A DNA stretch of 64,000 bases. It comes from Thermoanaerobaculia bacterium. Lineage in GTDB: Bacteria; Acidobacteriota; Thermoanaerobaculia; Multivoradales; Multivoraceae. Both the position numbers and the translations under genes were made by a program. Position 1 is the first letter of the stretch. Each line of letters begins with the position of its first letter. A model generated the notes under the pieces. That model worked only from the letters and a program-made list of their open reading frames with translations. It had not been told where the DNA came from and made no database searches. The stretch is taken from contig OY761158.1 of assembly GCA_963664405.1 (NCBI GenBank), positions 1,696,001 through 1,760,000 on the forward strand, in the 5' to 3' direction. Positions 39,684 to 50,014 of the stretch are shown here, piece by piece.

Positions 39684-40946
39684 CTAAGGCCCTGGCCCTA
39701 TTAGAAGGTTGATGGGGTCGGTCAAGAGCTCGCGCACACACTCCTGGAAGGCCACCGAGAGATCGCCGTCGATCAGGCGATGATCGGCGCCGAAACAGAG
39801 GGGCAGCGTCGGCCGCGCTTCCACTCGTCCTTCGACGGCGATAGCTCGCTCGCGAATGGCGCCGAAGCCGAGGATGCCGGCCTCCGGTGGTCGGATGATC
39901 GGCGCGGCGAAGCGACCTCCGATGGCGCCGTAGTTGGTGAGAGTGAAGGTTCCGCCCTGAAGCTCGGCGGCTTTGATCTTTCGCGTCCGTGCCGCCTTGG
40001 CAAGGCGGTCGATCTCGGCGGCCAGATCGAGCAGCGAACGCTGGCCGGCATTGCGGATGACCGGCACGATGAGCCCATCGGGAGTCGCGGCGGCAATTCC
40101 GAGGTTGATCTCACCGTGAACTCGGATCTGCTTCCGCTCCAGATCGAGAGAGGCGTTGACCAAAGGGTAGCGACGCAAAGCCTGACATGCGGCCATCGCC
40201 AGAAAAGCAGTAACGGTGAGGGGGCTCTCCCCTTCCCCGACTTTCTGGCGCAGTTTGCGATGGCAATCGAGCAGAGCCGTGGCGTCGATCTCGTCAAAGC
40301 CGTGGATATGAGGAATGGTCTCCCAGGCACGGGACATGACCTGAGCCGTCACTCGGCGCAAACCGGCAAGGGGCATCACGCCGGGGGTCGCCTGTCCCAG
40401 ACCTGAAGGCGCTTCGGCACCAACCGACTCCGGAGCCTCGACTACCCCAGCTACCTCGGTCATTGGAACCGTAGCCTGAGCCACGTGTCCACGCACGTCT
40501 TCGGCGAGGATCCGCCCGGATGCGCCACTACCGACGACGTCGGCCAGAACAATACCGAGCTCGGTCGCCAGTCTTCGTACCGCCGGTGCGGCCTTCGGTC
40601 GTGGTTTTCTCGAAGATCCGGGCTGAGCCATCACCGCTACGGGCTCGGGGTCGGCGGGCGCCGAGACCTCCTTGGTCTCGCTCGACGGAGCCTTGACGCC
40701 TCCGTCGCCGTTACCGGCAATCACGAAGAGAAGCTCCCCGACCTTGACGATCGCCCCGACTTCGGCGGCCAGACTCGACATCGTGCCCGCAACCGGCGCC
40801 GGAATCTCCACCAGAGCCTTGTCGGTCTGGATCTCGACCAGAGACTGGTCCCTGGCCACTTCCTCGCCGGGCGCCACCAGCCAGCGGATCACCTCCGCCT
40901 CTTCCAGCCCCTCGCCGAGATCGGGCAGTAGGAACTCGTAGGGCAT
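39684..40946 (-). CDS. Dihydrolipoamide acyltransferase (E2)
   Basis: Lipoyl domain EIQTDKA, E3-binding AAPAVRRLA, catalytic DHRLIDG. Confidence 0.95.
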   Translation of the reverse strand: MPYEFLLPDLGEGLEEAEVIRWLVAPGEEVARDQSLVEIQTDKALVEIPAPVAGTMSSLAAEVGAIVKVGELLFVIAGNGDGGVKAPSSETKEVSAPADPEPVAVMAQPGSSRKPRPKAAPAVRRLATELGIVLADVVGSGASGRILAEDVRGHVAQATVPMTEVAGVVEAPESVGAEAPSGLGQATPGVMPLAGLRRVTAQVMSRAWETIPHIHGFDEIDATALLDCHRKLRQKVGEGESPLTVTAFLAMAACQALRRYPLVNASLDLERKQIRVHGEINLGIAAATPDGLIVPVIRNAGQRSLLDLAAEIDRLAKAARTRKIKAAELQGGTFTLTNYGAIGGRFAAPIIRPPEAGILGFGAIRERAIAVEGRVEARPTLPLCFGADHRLIDGDLSVAFQECVRELLTDPINLLIGPGP

Positions 40947-40952
40947 GAGGAG

Positions 40953-41930
40953 CTACTTCTCCAGAGTGCGTCGGGCGGCGGCGACCACCCGATCGATACT
41001 CGGTACGTAGTGATCCTCGAGCAGACCGGCCGGATAGGGCACATCCCAGCCGGAGACCCGAGCCACCGGCGCCTCGAGGGAGTAGAAGGCCTCATCGTTG
41101 ATGGTGGCGATGACCTCCGCGGCAAAGCCACAGGTCTCAGGCGCTTCCTGAACGACCACTGCACGGCCGCAGGCTTCCACGGCCTCGGCGATAGCCTCGG
41201 TGTCCAGGGGAACGAGAGTGCGTAGATCAAGGACCCGGGCTCCGACCCCTTCCTTCTCGAGCTCAACGGAAGCACGACGCGCCACCTCGACCATGTAGCT
41301 CCAGGCGATGAAGACCAGGTCGTCGCCGTCTCGCACCGACCTCGCCTTGCCGAGAGGAACGACGTAGTCGCCCTCCGGGACGTCGTCGCGAAGCGCTCGA
41401 TAGCCCCGCAGCGGCTCGAGAAACATCACCGGGTCCGGGTCGCGAATGCTCGCCGCCAGGAGGCCCTTGGCGTCGGCCGCCGAGGCAGGCAGCACGACCT
41501 TCAGGCCGGGGATGTTGGCGAGCTGAGCTTCCAACGAATCGGAGTGAAGCTCGGGCGTGCGGACACCGCCGCCAAAGGGTGCACGAACCGTGATCGGTGC
41601 TTCGAAACGACCGCGCGAGCGGTAGCGAACACGAGCGAGCTGCCCCGCGATCTGGTGGAAGGCCTGGTAGGCGAATCCAAGAAATTGGATCTCTGGGACA
41701 GGGACCATACCGGCGACAGCCAGACCGATCGAAGAACCGACGATGGCTCCTTCGGCGAGGGGGGTGTCGACCACGCGGTCACCGCCAAAATGGTCGAGAA
41801 GTCCTTCAGTCGCCCGAAAAACACCGCCATTGACGGCAACGTCCTCACCGAGGACGACCACTCTCTCGTCACGCTCCATCTCGTAGTGGAGCGAGGCGTT
41901 GATCGCCTCGACCATGGTCATCTCGGCCAT
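40953..41930 (-). CDS. 2-oxoacid dehydrogenase E1 beta subunit
   Basis: LGEDVAVNGGVFRAT, DTPLAE, PEIQF, ELHS. Confidence 0.95.
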   Translation of the reverse strand: MAEMTMVEAINASLHYEMERDERVVVLGEDVAVNGGVFRATEGLLDHFGGDRVVDTPLAEGAIVGSSIGLAVAGMVPVPEIQFLGFAYQAFHQIAGQLARVRYRSRGRFEAPITVRAPFGGGVRTPELHSDSLEAQLANIPGLKVVLPASAADAKGLLAASIRDPDPVMFLEPLRGYRALRDDVPEGDYVVPLGKARSVRDGDDLVFIAWSYMVEVARRASVELEKEGVGARVLDLRTLVPLDTEAIAEAVEACGRAVVVQEAPETCGFAAEVIATINDEAFYSLEAPVARVSGWDVPYPAGLLEDHYVPSIDRVVAAARRTLEK

Positions 41931-41934
41931 CAGC

Positions 41935-42972
41935 TCAATCGTCCTCGCTGAGCCCTTCGAGAAGCTCTGCGCGCTGCCTCTCCAACCTTGGGGTTGGCCG
42001 CTGGTAGACGTGCTCGAAGATGACGTCTGGCTCGATCACCACAGCCTCGGCAGCGGCGATCATTCGATCCATGCGTTCGTCCGCCTCTTTCACCGTCTCC
42101 GCCTCGAGCTCCTCGCTCCAAAGGCCGACCTCTTGCAGCTCGGCGCGGAAGAGGTCAATGGGGTCGTGCTCACGCGCCTCGGCGATCTCCTCCGCCGGCA
42201 CGTAGCGGGTGAGGTCGTCGGCGGTGGTGTGAGGGCCAAGCCGATAGGCCACAGCCTCGATCAAGGTCGGGCCTTCGCCGGCGAGAGCGCGCTCGCGAGC
42301 CCTCCGGGTCGCGGCGTAGACCTCGAGCACCGAGCAACCGTCGATCTTCTCACCGGGGAATCCGAAAGCAGCCGCCTTCTCTGCGAAGCTCGCCGCGGCG
42401 GTCTGCCTCCTCGCCGGCGTCGAGATCGCCCAGGAGTTGTTGTTGCACATAAAAATGACCGGTGCCTCGAGCACGCCGGCCAGATTCCCTGCTTCGTAGA
42501 AGTCACCCTCGGAGCTGGCACCGTCGCCGAAATAGGTGAGCACCACACCCTCTTCTCGCTTGAGCTTCATTCCCCAGGCCAAGCCGACGGCCTGCGGAAG
42601 CTGGGCGGCCAGAGCGATCTGCTGCGGCCAGACACGAATCGGCTCGGGAATGAATCCACCGGCGGGATCTCCACGCATGTAGCGCACGGTTCGCGCCACC
42701 ACCTCTTCGCCGAAGCGAGAGAGCCCCAGCGGCTCCCTGTATTGAGGCAAGACCCAATCCCGCTCCGGATCGAGAGCCGCCGCCGAGCCCACCACCAGAG
42801 CCTCGGCGCCGTCGATCGGCGCCATCGTTCCAGAGCGACCCTGGCGCTGCAGCGAAAAGCAGCGGGTGGAGTTGAGCCGAGCCGAGATCATCTCTCGAAG
42901 AAGCCCCTGGAGCTCGGAGTCCGAAAGATCACACTCTTGGTGAAGCTGTGCTCTTGGTTCGGTCAGCGTCAT
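41935..42972 (-). CDS. 2-oxoacid (pyruvate/branched-chain) dehydrogenase E1 alpha subunit
   Basis: LQRQGR, TPP motif GDGASSEGDFYE...NN, YRLGPHTTADD. Confidence 0.93.
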   Translation of the reverse strand: MTLTEPRAQLHQECDLSDSELQGLLREMISARLNSTRCFSLQRQGRSGTMAPIDGAEALVVGSAAALDPERDWVLPQYREPLGLSRFGEEVVARTVRYMRGDPAGGFIPEPIRVWPQQIALAAQLPQAVGLAWGMKLKREEGVVLTYFGDGASSEGDFYEAGNLAGVLEAPVIFMCNNNSWAISTPARRQTAAASFAEKAAAFGFPGEKIDGCSVLEVYAATRRARERALAGEGPTLIEAVAYRLGPHTTADDLTRYVPAEEIAEAREHDPIDLFRAELQEVGLWSEELEAETVKEADERMDRMIAAAEAVVIEPDVIFEHVYQRPTPRLERQRAELLEGLSEDD

Positions 42973-42977
42973 TTCAG

Positions 42978-44999
42978 TCAGATTCCACTGCCGGCGGAAG
43001 GGAGCTGTTCCGTCTTCTCGACCGGCGGCACGTCGAGAGCCGGGTTTCGATCAAAGAAATTGTATGGCCTCAGCGTAAGGCTGTGCCACCCCAAGTTATA
43101 CACCGGCCAATCCTCAGCTGAAGGTACGTGATGAAAGCCAAGGGTATACCAAAGTACGATGTCCTCGTCTTCCACACTACGACGATCGGCAGTCCAGGCC
43201 GGTAGACCCTGACCTGGCGTGGACTGATTAGGGAAGTCTCCCGCGGCGTAACGCTCCTTCGGCGAATACGGCGTCACCCATAAGTGGTGGGTGGCGAAAA
43301 GCGCGCGACTCAGCGGCACATCGTCTTCATCGACCAGGGGCAGGGCATTGCCGGCAGTACGCAGGGCGTAGCTCACCGGATATCCCAGCGAGTTTTTCTT
43401 GTGCGGGTTGACTACCCGCCACAGCGCGGGCTTCTCGTAGCTGAGGCGAAACTTCGCCTCGGTATCGGTCTTCGCAATCTCCGGCTGCACCCGCCACACA
43501 CTCCGTCGTGGGCTGTGGGCCGGCAGCCTCTCCGCCACCAGCCGGTCCCGAACGAAGCTGTTGCGCACGCCATCGACATCGAGATCGAGGCGAATCGAAA
43601 AGAAGTGATCGTGGTGGATCCCTGCCCTGCCCGGAGCGACCAGGGGCCCCCAGGCGGTGTCCTCCGCCGCCGTGGGATCGTCCAGGCTCTGCGCTCGCAC
43701 CCCCTTGACCGAGTCGATACCGGTGGCGCCGCCGCGGAAGGTGAAGCTGCCTTTCTGATCCATGACCCAGTCGAAGGCGTAGTCATAATTGCCGACCGTC
43801 GCAATATGGCGCACCACCAGCTCGAGCGCGGGCCGTGACTGAATGGCCTCGGTCACGATGTCGAAGTGTCGCCACAGCGGGTCGCCGGGAGCCCGCTCGA
43901 AGATGCAGATTCGATTCTCGAGTGATTCCGGCTCGCCCGCCGCATTCGCCATCACCGGTGAAAGGAAGTGCGACGAAGCAGGGCAATCGGCGCCTGCGAC
44001 GAGTCTGGTGGCCATAATACCGATACCGTACTCACCCTCGTCCATGTAGTTGCGGTAGTACCAGCCCTCGGTCGGATCCTGGTAGGGAACGAAGATCTCG
44101 GACAGCGAGCCCTGGTAGAGAATGGAACGGGGCTCTCGCTCATCGTCCTCAGCGAAACGGAGCTGGGAGAGGACAACTCCCGAGCGCGTATCCCAACGCA
44201 GGTGAAAGGACCATTTCTGCCAGTGCACAAAAGATCCGTCGAACACCACGTTAGCGCCCAGGGGCAGAGCTTGCACTACCGGCTTCACTTCCCGCTGCCG
44301 ACCCACCGACTGCGGATCGAGCTCGCTGGGCCCGGAAGGTGTCGGCACCACTCCGAGGTCGGTCACCTCGAGCACTTCGTTGGTGTCAATATCGACGAGC
44401 GCGAAAAGGCCCTCGATCGGATTGGCGAACACATCGGTCACAATCCCGGTGGTATCAAAACAGTCGACCTTGAGGATCCGTCGCGTCATCTCCTCCGGAC
44501 GACCGAAATTTCCGGCGGTCCGCGGCGCGCAGAAGAGAGCCTCGGGGTCGGTGATGCCTCGCTTCTCCAGCCCGGTCTGGAAACGAGGGTCACTGATCGT
44601 GGCCTCCATGGCTGACAGAAACTCCGGAAGAACGACTATCGGCTGGGCGCCCGGAATCTCTTCGATCGAGGTCACTCGTCGCGCATCGAGGTCGACGGCC
44701 GCTCTGTAGGTCGAGCCCTGGTGGCGCATGATCACTTCCGCCGCGCGTGGGATCGGGCTCCCCTCGGTCCACGCCAGAACCGCCGCCTTCAAGGGCTCTT
44801 GCAGCGTGATCGAGCTGAAGAGAGTGCCTGCGTCGAAGCGAGAGGTGTCGAAGAGTAGGGCGACCGCAGCCGTGATCTCTCCGGCATCGAGGGCGTCGAG
44901 CGGGTGCTCGGCAGCCACCGAAGCATTGACACCGGCACCGAGGAGCAGGGAAAGAATCGTCGCTCCCGCTAGGCGATTCGGTGTGAGAGCTGCTCGCAT
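42978..44999 (-). CDS. tynA: Secreted copper-containing primary amine oxidase
   Basis: HPLD, YMDEGEYG catalytic Asp, TVGNYDY topaquinone site, HDH and GFHHVP copper ligands. Confidence 0.92.
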   Translation of the reverse strand: MRAALTPNRLAGATILSLLLGAGVNASVAAEHPLDALDAGEITAAVALLFDTSRFDAGTLFSSITLQEPLKAAVLAWTEGSPIPRAAEVIMRHQGSTYRAAVDLDARRVTSIEEIPGAQPIVVLPEFLSAMEATISDPRFQTGLEKRGITDPEALFCAPRTAGNFGRPEEMTRRILKVDCFDTTGIVTDVFANPIEGLFALVDIDTNEVLEVTDLGVVPTPSGPSELDPQSVGRQREVKPVVQALPLGANVVFDGSFVHWQKWSFHLRWDTRSGVVLSQLRFAEDDEREPRSILYQGSLSEIFVPYQDPTEGWYYRNYMDEGEYGIGIMATRLVAGADCPASSHFLSPVMANAAGEPESLENRICIFERAPGDPLWRHFDIVTEAIQSRPALELVVRHIATVGNYDYAFDWVMDQKGSFTFRGGATGIDSVKGVRAQSLDDPTAAEDTAWGPLVAPGRAGIHHDHFFSIRLDLDVDGVRNSFVRDRLVAERLPAHSPRRSVWRVQPEIAKTDTEAKFRLSYEKPALWRVVNPHKKNSLGYPVSYALRTAGNALPLVDEDDVPLSRALFATHHLWVTPYSPKERYAAGDFPNQSTPGQGLPAWTADRRSVEDEDIVLWYTLGFHHVPSAEDWPVYNLGWHSLTLRPYNFFDRNPALDVPPVEKTEQLPSAGSGI

Positions 45000-45149
45000 C
45001 TGAACCTCAGGACCGCATGGACGAGTCTTCACTTTATCGCAAGAGGCCCCTCCTGGGCGCGACCGACACCGTTCTAGTAGGATGGGTAGATTCAGCCAAC
45101 AGGAACCCGCGAGCCATCACGCCCGCCGCTCCGTACCAGGGAGAGAACG

Positions 45150-46259
45150 ATGAAGATGAGAGCTCCAGTCACCGCCATCCTTTCACTGCTCCTGCTCTGT
45201 GCCCCGATCGCATATGCCGCGAACGCGGACCTGGGCTCGGCAGCCAAAACCGGCGCCGCCGAACTCGAGTCCGCCGGTCCCCTCGCATTCGGGCCTGACG
45301 GTATTCTCTTTGTCGGCGATACGAAAGCTGCGGCGATCTACGCCATCGACACCGGCGATCGCAAGGGAGCCACCAAGGCGGGCGCTCTCAACCTCGAAGG
45401 TGTGACAGCCAAGCTCGCGGCCCTGGCCGGCACAACGGAGGACGGCATCCGGATCAACGATCTCGCGGTCAACCCACTTTCGAAGAAGGCCTACCTCTCG
45501 GCCTCGCGGGGGCAGGGTGACAACGCACGCCCCGCCATCTTCACTGTCAGCCCCAACGGCGACATCGACCTCCTCTCACTCTCGAAGGTGCGCTACGCCA
45601 GGGCCACGCTCACGGACGTCCCAGATCACAGTGCAAAAGACCGGCGCGATCGCAGTCTGCGCGTAGAGTCGATCACCGATCTCGCCTACGTCGACGGTCA
45701 GCTCCTGGTTACCGGCCTCTCCAACGAAGAGTTCTCCTCGCGGCTGCGCTCGCTCGAGTTCCCCTTCCAACAGATCGCTCCCGGAACCACAATCGAGATC
45801 TACCACGGTTCTCACGGACGCTGGGAGACCAACGCCCCGATACGAGCTTTTGCCACCTATGACATCGGCACAGCTCCTCACGTGCTTGCCGCCTATACCT
45901 GCACCCCGCTGGTGAAGTTCTCACTCGAAGAGCTGGCGATGGCCGACAGGGTAACGGGCACCACGGTCGCCGAGCTCGGGAACCGTAACCGTCCCCTCGA
46001 CATGGTCGTCTACACTCAGGGCGGTAGGGACTATCTGCTGACCTCCAATAGCGCCAGAGGGGTGATGAAGATCGACCTCGCCGAAGCGGAGAAGACCGCG
46101 GCGATCACCGATCGCGTTCCGGACAAAGCCGGTCTAGCCTACGAGACGCTCACCGACCTAGAAGGGGTAGTGCAGCTCGACCGCTACGACAAAGATCACG
46201 CTCTGATCTTGATCGCGGGCGACTCGGGGCAGGACCTGCGCACGATTCCCCTGCCTTGA
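45150..46259 (+). CDS. Secreted conserved hypothetical protein (propeller-like)
   Basis: Signal peptide; SAGPLAFGPDGILFVGD, GLSNEEF, EIYHGSHG, AAYTCTPLV. Confidence 0.8.
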   Translation: MKMRAPVTAILSLLLLCAPIAYAANADLGSAAKTGAAELESAGPLAFGPDGILFVGDTKAAAIYAIDTGDRKGATKAGALNLEGVTAKLAALAGTTEDGIRINDLAVNPLSKKAYLSASRGQGDNARPAIFTVSPNGDIDLLSLSKVRYARATLTDVPDHSAKDRRDRSLRVESITDLAYVDGQLLVTGLSNEEFSSRLRSLEFPFQQIAPGTTIEIYHGSHGRWETNAPIRAFATYDIGTAPHVLAAYTCTPLVKFSLEELAMADRVTGTTVAELGNRNRPLDMVVYTQGGRDYLLTSNSARGVMKIDLAEAEKTAAITDRVPDKAGLAYETLTDLEGVVQLDRYDKDHALILIAGDSGQDLRTIPLP

Positions 46260-47428
46260 ACGGAGTCGCGGTGGAGGCAAGGCGAGCCACGGCAGCCTTC
46301 GCCCTCCTCTGCTCTGCGACGGCAGCCGTCGCGGAGGCGGAGGTGCGCCTGGAGCTCGTAGGGGGTGGCGACGAAGCCTCTTTCGCCGTTGTCGGTCTGG
46401 CGCCGGCGCTTCTCGAAGCCACTAGCCTTGGGAGTCTCTCTACTCGAGAGTGGCAGTCTTTTTTCTCTGTGCATGTCGACAGAGTGGAGAGTCCCGCATT
46501 GCTGGGGGATTACAGCGCCGACTCGACCGGTCTTCATCTCCGCCCCGCCTTCCCGCCGGAGCCCGGGGTGCGATACCAGCTGGTGTTCGAGCCGGGAATC
46601 CTCGCCGACCTCGTTGGCCACCCGCAAGAGGTCGATCGCCGCCTGACCCGAGAGCTCCTGATCCCCTTCGACGCCCCGCAATCCACAACCGTCGTGGAGA
46701 TGATCTACCCGAGCACGGACCTGCTGCCGGAGAACCTGCTGAAGATGTACCTGCACTTCAGCGCACCGATGAGCCAGGGGGACTCGTACCGCTACATCTC
46801 GATCCTCGATAGCCAGGGGGAAGTCGAAGAGCTCTCATTTCTCGAGCTCGAGGAAGAGCTCTGGGATCCTCGCGGCCGGCGCCTCACCCTCCTCTTCGAC
46901 CCCGGTCGGCTGAAGCGAGGGCTACGCCCCCACCGTGACATCGGACCGGCTCTCGAGTCGGGCTTCGACTTCGCCCTGCGCATCGACCCCTCCTGGCCCG
47001 ACGCCCGAGGCGCTCCTCTCGTCGCCGAGTACCAAAAAAGGTTCCGGGCGCGCCCGCCTGATCGCAAATCTCCCGACCCCAAGCGCTGGAGGGTAGAGCC
47101 GCCATCGGGGCACAGTTTCGAAGCGCTTACCGTCCACTTGGACGAGCCGCTGGACCACGCTCTGCTCCACCGCCACCTGACGTTGGAGGACGCCGGAGGA
47201 AAGATCGTCGACGGCCGGATCGAGGTAGGCGAGGAAGAGCGGTCGTGGAGATTCTTTGCCAAAAAAGCGTGGACTCCGGGGCGCTATCAGCTACGGGTCA
47301 ACCCCCGCCTCGAAGATCTCGCCGGCAACCGCGTCAGCCGACTCTTCGAGGTAGACCTCACCGAGGTGCCCACCGTGGCGCCTAGCGCGGCAGAGCTGAG
47401 CATCGAAGTCGTTATCGTGGCTCCCTAG
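46256..47428 (+). CDS. Secreted hypothetical protein with Ig-like repeats
   Basis: Overlaps the previous stop; LPENLLKMYLHFSAPM, LTLLFDPGRLKRGL, LEDLAGN. Confidence 0.75.
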   Translation: MNGVAVEARRATAAFALLCSATAAVAEAEVRLELVGGGDEASFAVVGLAPALLEATSLGSLSTREWQSFFSVHVDRVESPALLGDYSADSTGLHLRPAFPPEPGVRYQLVFEPGILADLVGHPQEVDRRLTRELLIPFDAPQSTTVVEMIYPSTDLLPENLLKMYLHFSAPMSQGDSYRYISILDSQGEVEELSFLELEEELWDPRGRRLTLLFDPGRLKRGLRPHRDIGPALESGFDFALRIDPSWPDARGAPLVAEYQKRFRARPPDRKSPDPKRWRVEPPSGHSFEALTVHLDEPLDHALLHRHLTLEDAGGKIVDGRIEVGEEERSWRFFAKKAWTPGRYQLRVNPRLEDLAGNRVSRLFEVDLTEVPTVAPSAAELSIEVVIVAP

Positions 47429-47625
47429 GGCCGGCCGTCCAGGGCGCCGCAGCCGAGTTGACCGTTTCCAATCCCGCTCGCTACACTGCGACATCGTTGC
47501 TCTGGAGCGTCGCCTGATGGAATTGAGTGCAGAGCCAAGCCAGTTTCACGACCAATACATCGCAGCTCAGCCGTTTCCACATATCGTCTTCGATCACCTC
47601 TTTTCCAAAGAGGAGTGGTAGCCCG

Positions 47626-48660
47626 ATGAATACGACCCCGAGCCTAGTCTTCATCATGCCCGCCACCTCACTGCACGGGGGCAATCGGATCGTCTTCGAG
47701 TTTGCCGAGCGCCTTGAAGACCGCGGATACCGAGTCAAGGTGGTCAGTCCAGAGCCGGCACCGGATTGGCATCCGGTGAGGATCCCTTACCAGCAAGTGC
47801 CGATCTACGAGCCAGGGGCGATCGCGCCTGCCGACATCGCGATCGGCACCTATTACCCGACGATGCACCCAGCCATGGGGTCGGGCTCGAAGCACGTCTT
47901 TCATCTCTGCCAGGGGTACGAAGGCGTGCATCGGGAGTTTGCACCCAAGATGCCCGAAATCGATGCCGCCTACAACCTGCCGGTGCCGAAAATATTGATC
48001 GCCCGGCATCTGAAGCCTGTGCTGGAGGACAAGTATGGATGCCGGTGTCATGTTATCGGGCAAGGGATCGATCGTCAGGTTTTCCACCCGCGCCCATTTG
48101 TCGAACAGGGTGGGCCATTGCGAGTCGGGGTAGTCGGGACATTCGGGATTCGCCCGAAAGGCATCCACGAGCTGCTCGAAGGATTCAGGCTAGCGCGAGC
48201 CGAGGGGATCGAGCTCGAGGTGTTCCACGCCTCGGCGGAGCCGCTCCTCGAACAAGAAGAGAGTGAAGGCATTACCGATCATTTCTTCCATCATCTTCCG
48301 ACCTCGGAGATGCCGAGCTTCTACCATCGACTCGACGCCTACTTTCATCCGTCCCACGACGAAGAGGGGTTTCCACTGCCACCGTTGGAAGCGATGGCCT
48401 GCGGCGTACCTGTGGCTCTGACTACGATTCGTCCATTCGCGATCCTGCCCGACGATTGCGTGCTGCGATTTCCGCCAGGAAAGCCTTCGGCGGTAGTGCC
48501 CATCGTTCGACGGCTGCTCTCGAAGGAATTGCGCCAAAGGTTGCGTGACGCCGCGTTGGTCGCTCTGGAGGAGTTTTCCTTCGACCGGGTCATCGACCGC
48601 ATGGAGGCTGCGTTTTCCGCCGAGGGAGCCCCCACCGCTTCGCGAGAGGCTGTCGGCTGA
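47626..48660 (+). CDS. Glycosyltransferase family 4
   Basis: HGGNRIV, KG, EGFPLPPLEAMACG. Confidence 0.9.
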   Translation: MNTTPSLVFIMPATSLHGGNRIVFEFAERLEDRGYRVKVVSPEPAPDWHPVRIPYQQVPIYEPGAIAPADIAIGTYYPTMHPAMGSGSKHVFHLCQGYEGVHREFAPKMPEIDAAYNLPVPKILIARHLKPVLEDKYGCRCHVIGQGIDRQVFHPRPFVEQGGPLRVGVVGTFGIRPKGIHELLEGFRLARAEGIELEVFHASAEPLLEQEESEGITDHFFHHLPTSEMPSFYHRLDAYFHPSHDEEGFPLPPLEAMACGVPVALTTIRPFAILPDDCVLRFPPGKPSAVVPIVRRLLSKELRQRLRDAALVALEEFSFDRVIDRMEAAFSAEGAPTASREAVG

Positions 48661-48664
48661 CCCA

Positions 48665-49366
48665 CTAATAGCTGTCGTGCCTTCGAAGCCAAGCCATTGA
48701 CCAGGGGAGCTCGCTCTCGTCACGCCCCTTGGGCGCCATGTCCAGGTAATGGTAGGCGGCGTTCAGCCGATCGAGACCTCGAGCGTAGGTCGAATAGGTG
48801 TGGTACACAACGCCGCCGTCGTCTTTGTAGAAAACACTCATCCCCGGCATCTCGTCGCCGAAAGAGCTAGTCCGGCGGTAGTTGTAGTAGGTCTCGCCCT
48901 TCTCCACTTCCTCACTGGTGGCGGAAACGTGGAAGTCGCGATTGAACTCGTTCTGCGCCGACGACAGCCACTTGAAGCTCCACCCCATGCGCTCGCGATA
49001 GGCCTGGAGCTTGGCCAGAGGAGCCTTGGAGATCGCAACCATGCTCACATCGCGATGCTCGAGGTGGACGACCAGGGGATCCCAGCCGTCGGCCCAGAAA
49101 GAGCAACTGGGGCAACCTTCGTCCCAGCTCTCGCCATACATGAAGTGCTGCACGATGAGCTGGCTACGCCCTGCAAAGAGATCCGCCAAGTTCTCTTCTC
49201 CATCGGGGCCGGAAAAGACGTAACTCTCTTCTACCCTTACCCAAGGTAGCGAGCGCAGCGACTCGGCCAATGCGTCGCGCTGGCGATCGAGGGCCTTCTC
49301 CTTCTCGAGGTGGGTTTTGCGAGCAGCGGTCCACTCTTCTCTAGAAACGACTGGGTGGTTGGGCAT
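48665..49366 (-). CDS. DUF899 thioredoxin-like protein
   Basis: VVSREEW, LFAGRSQLIVQHFM, CPSCSFWAD, YHTYSTYARG, WLRRHD. Confidence 0.9.
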   Translation of the reverse strand: MPNHPVVSREEWTAARKTHLEKEKALDRQRDALAESLRSLPWVRVEESYVFSGPDGEENLADLFAGRSQLIVQHFMYGESWDEGCPSCSFWADGWDPLVVHLEHRDVSMVAISKAPLAKLQAYRERMGWSFKWLSSAQNEFNRDFHVSATSEEVEKGETYYNYRRTSSFGDEMPGMSVFYKDDGGVVYHTYSTYARGLDRLNAAYHYLDMAPKGRDESELPWSMAWLRRHDSY

Positions 49367-49449
49367 GGACTCTCCCTCTCTCGGGTTAGGATCGACTCTC
49401 TCGGAGGCCTTCTAGACTAATAGACGAACGTCGAGGATCGAAATCGACC

Positions 49450-49917
49450 ATGCCAAGCCGACGCGGATCAATTGCCATGACTCTGGAAGAGCAGGCGCAG
49501 TACCTGGAAGAAGGCCGCAGCCTCCAGGTCGCTTCAAACGGGCCTCGCGGATACCCCCACCTGGTGGCGATGTGGTACGTGGTGGATGACGGGGACATCG
49601 TCTTCACCACCTTCGCCAAGTCTCAAAAGGTGCTCAACCTGCAACGCGATCCGAAAATCACCTGCATGCTCGAGAGCGGCGTTGGTTATGCCGAGCTCCG
49701 CGGACTGGTGATCGAAGGTGACGCGCTGGTCATCGTCGACGACGCCGATCTCACGGCCCATTACATGGCACAGGTTCGGGTCAAGCACAGCGGTGACCCC
49801 ACCAAAGCCGTTCCCGACGAGGCCCAGCTGAAGGCCGCCACGAAACGAGCAGTGGTACGAATCAAGCCAAAGCGCGTCTACTCCTGGGATCACAGCAAGC
49901 TAGGCGGCCTCTATTAG
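49450..49917 (+). CDS. Pyridoxamine 5'-phosphate oxidase-like (split barrel, possibly F420-dependent) protein
   Basis: GYPHLVAMWY, SQKVLNLQRDP, YAELRG, SWDHSKL. Confidence 0.85.
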   Translation: MPSRRGSIAMTLEEQAQYLEEGRSLQVASNGPRGYPHLVAMWYVVDDGDIVFTTFAKSQKVLNLQRDPKITCMLESGVGYAELRGLVIEGDALVIVDDADLTAHYMAQVRVKHSGDPTKAVPDEAQLKAATKRAVVRIKPKRVYSWDHSKLGGLY

Positions 49918-50008
49918 CTCCGGAAGTGCTATGTAGCACTTCCGGAGCTAACATTCTGTTGGCGCCGCGGACGGCGCGCGTCGCACGTCCGCAGACGGAC
50001 GCGCTCCC
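49914..50008. repeat. 18-bp perfect palindrome followed by REP-like hairpins
   Basis: ttagctccggaagtgcta-tg-tagcacttccggagctaa, then ctgttggcgccgcggacggcgc and cgtccg-caga-cggacg, between convergent genes. Confidence 0.8.
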
Positions 50009-50014
50009 TAGCCT

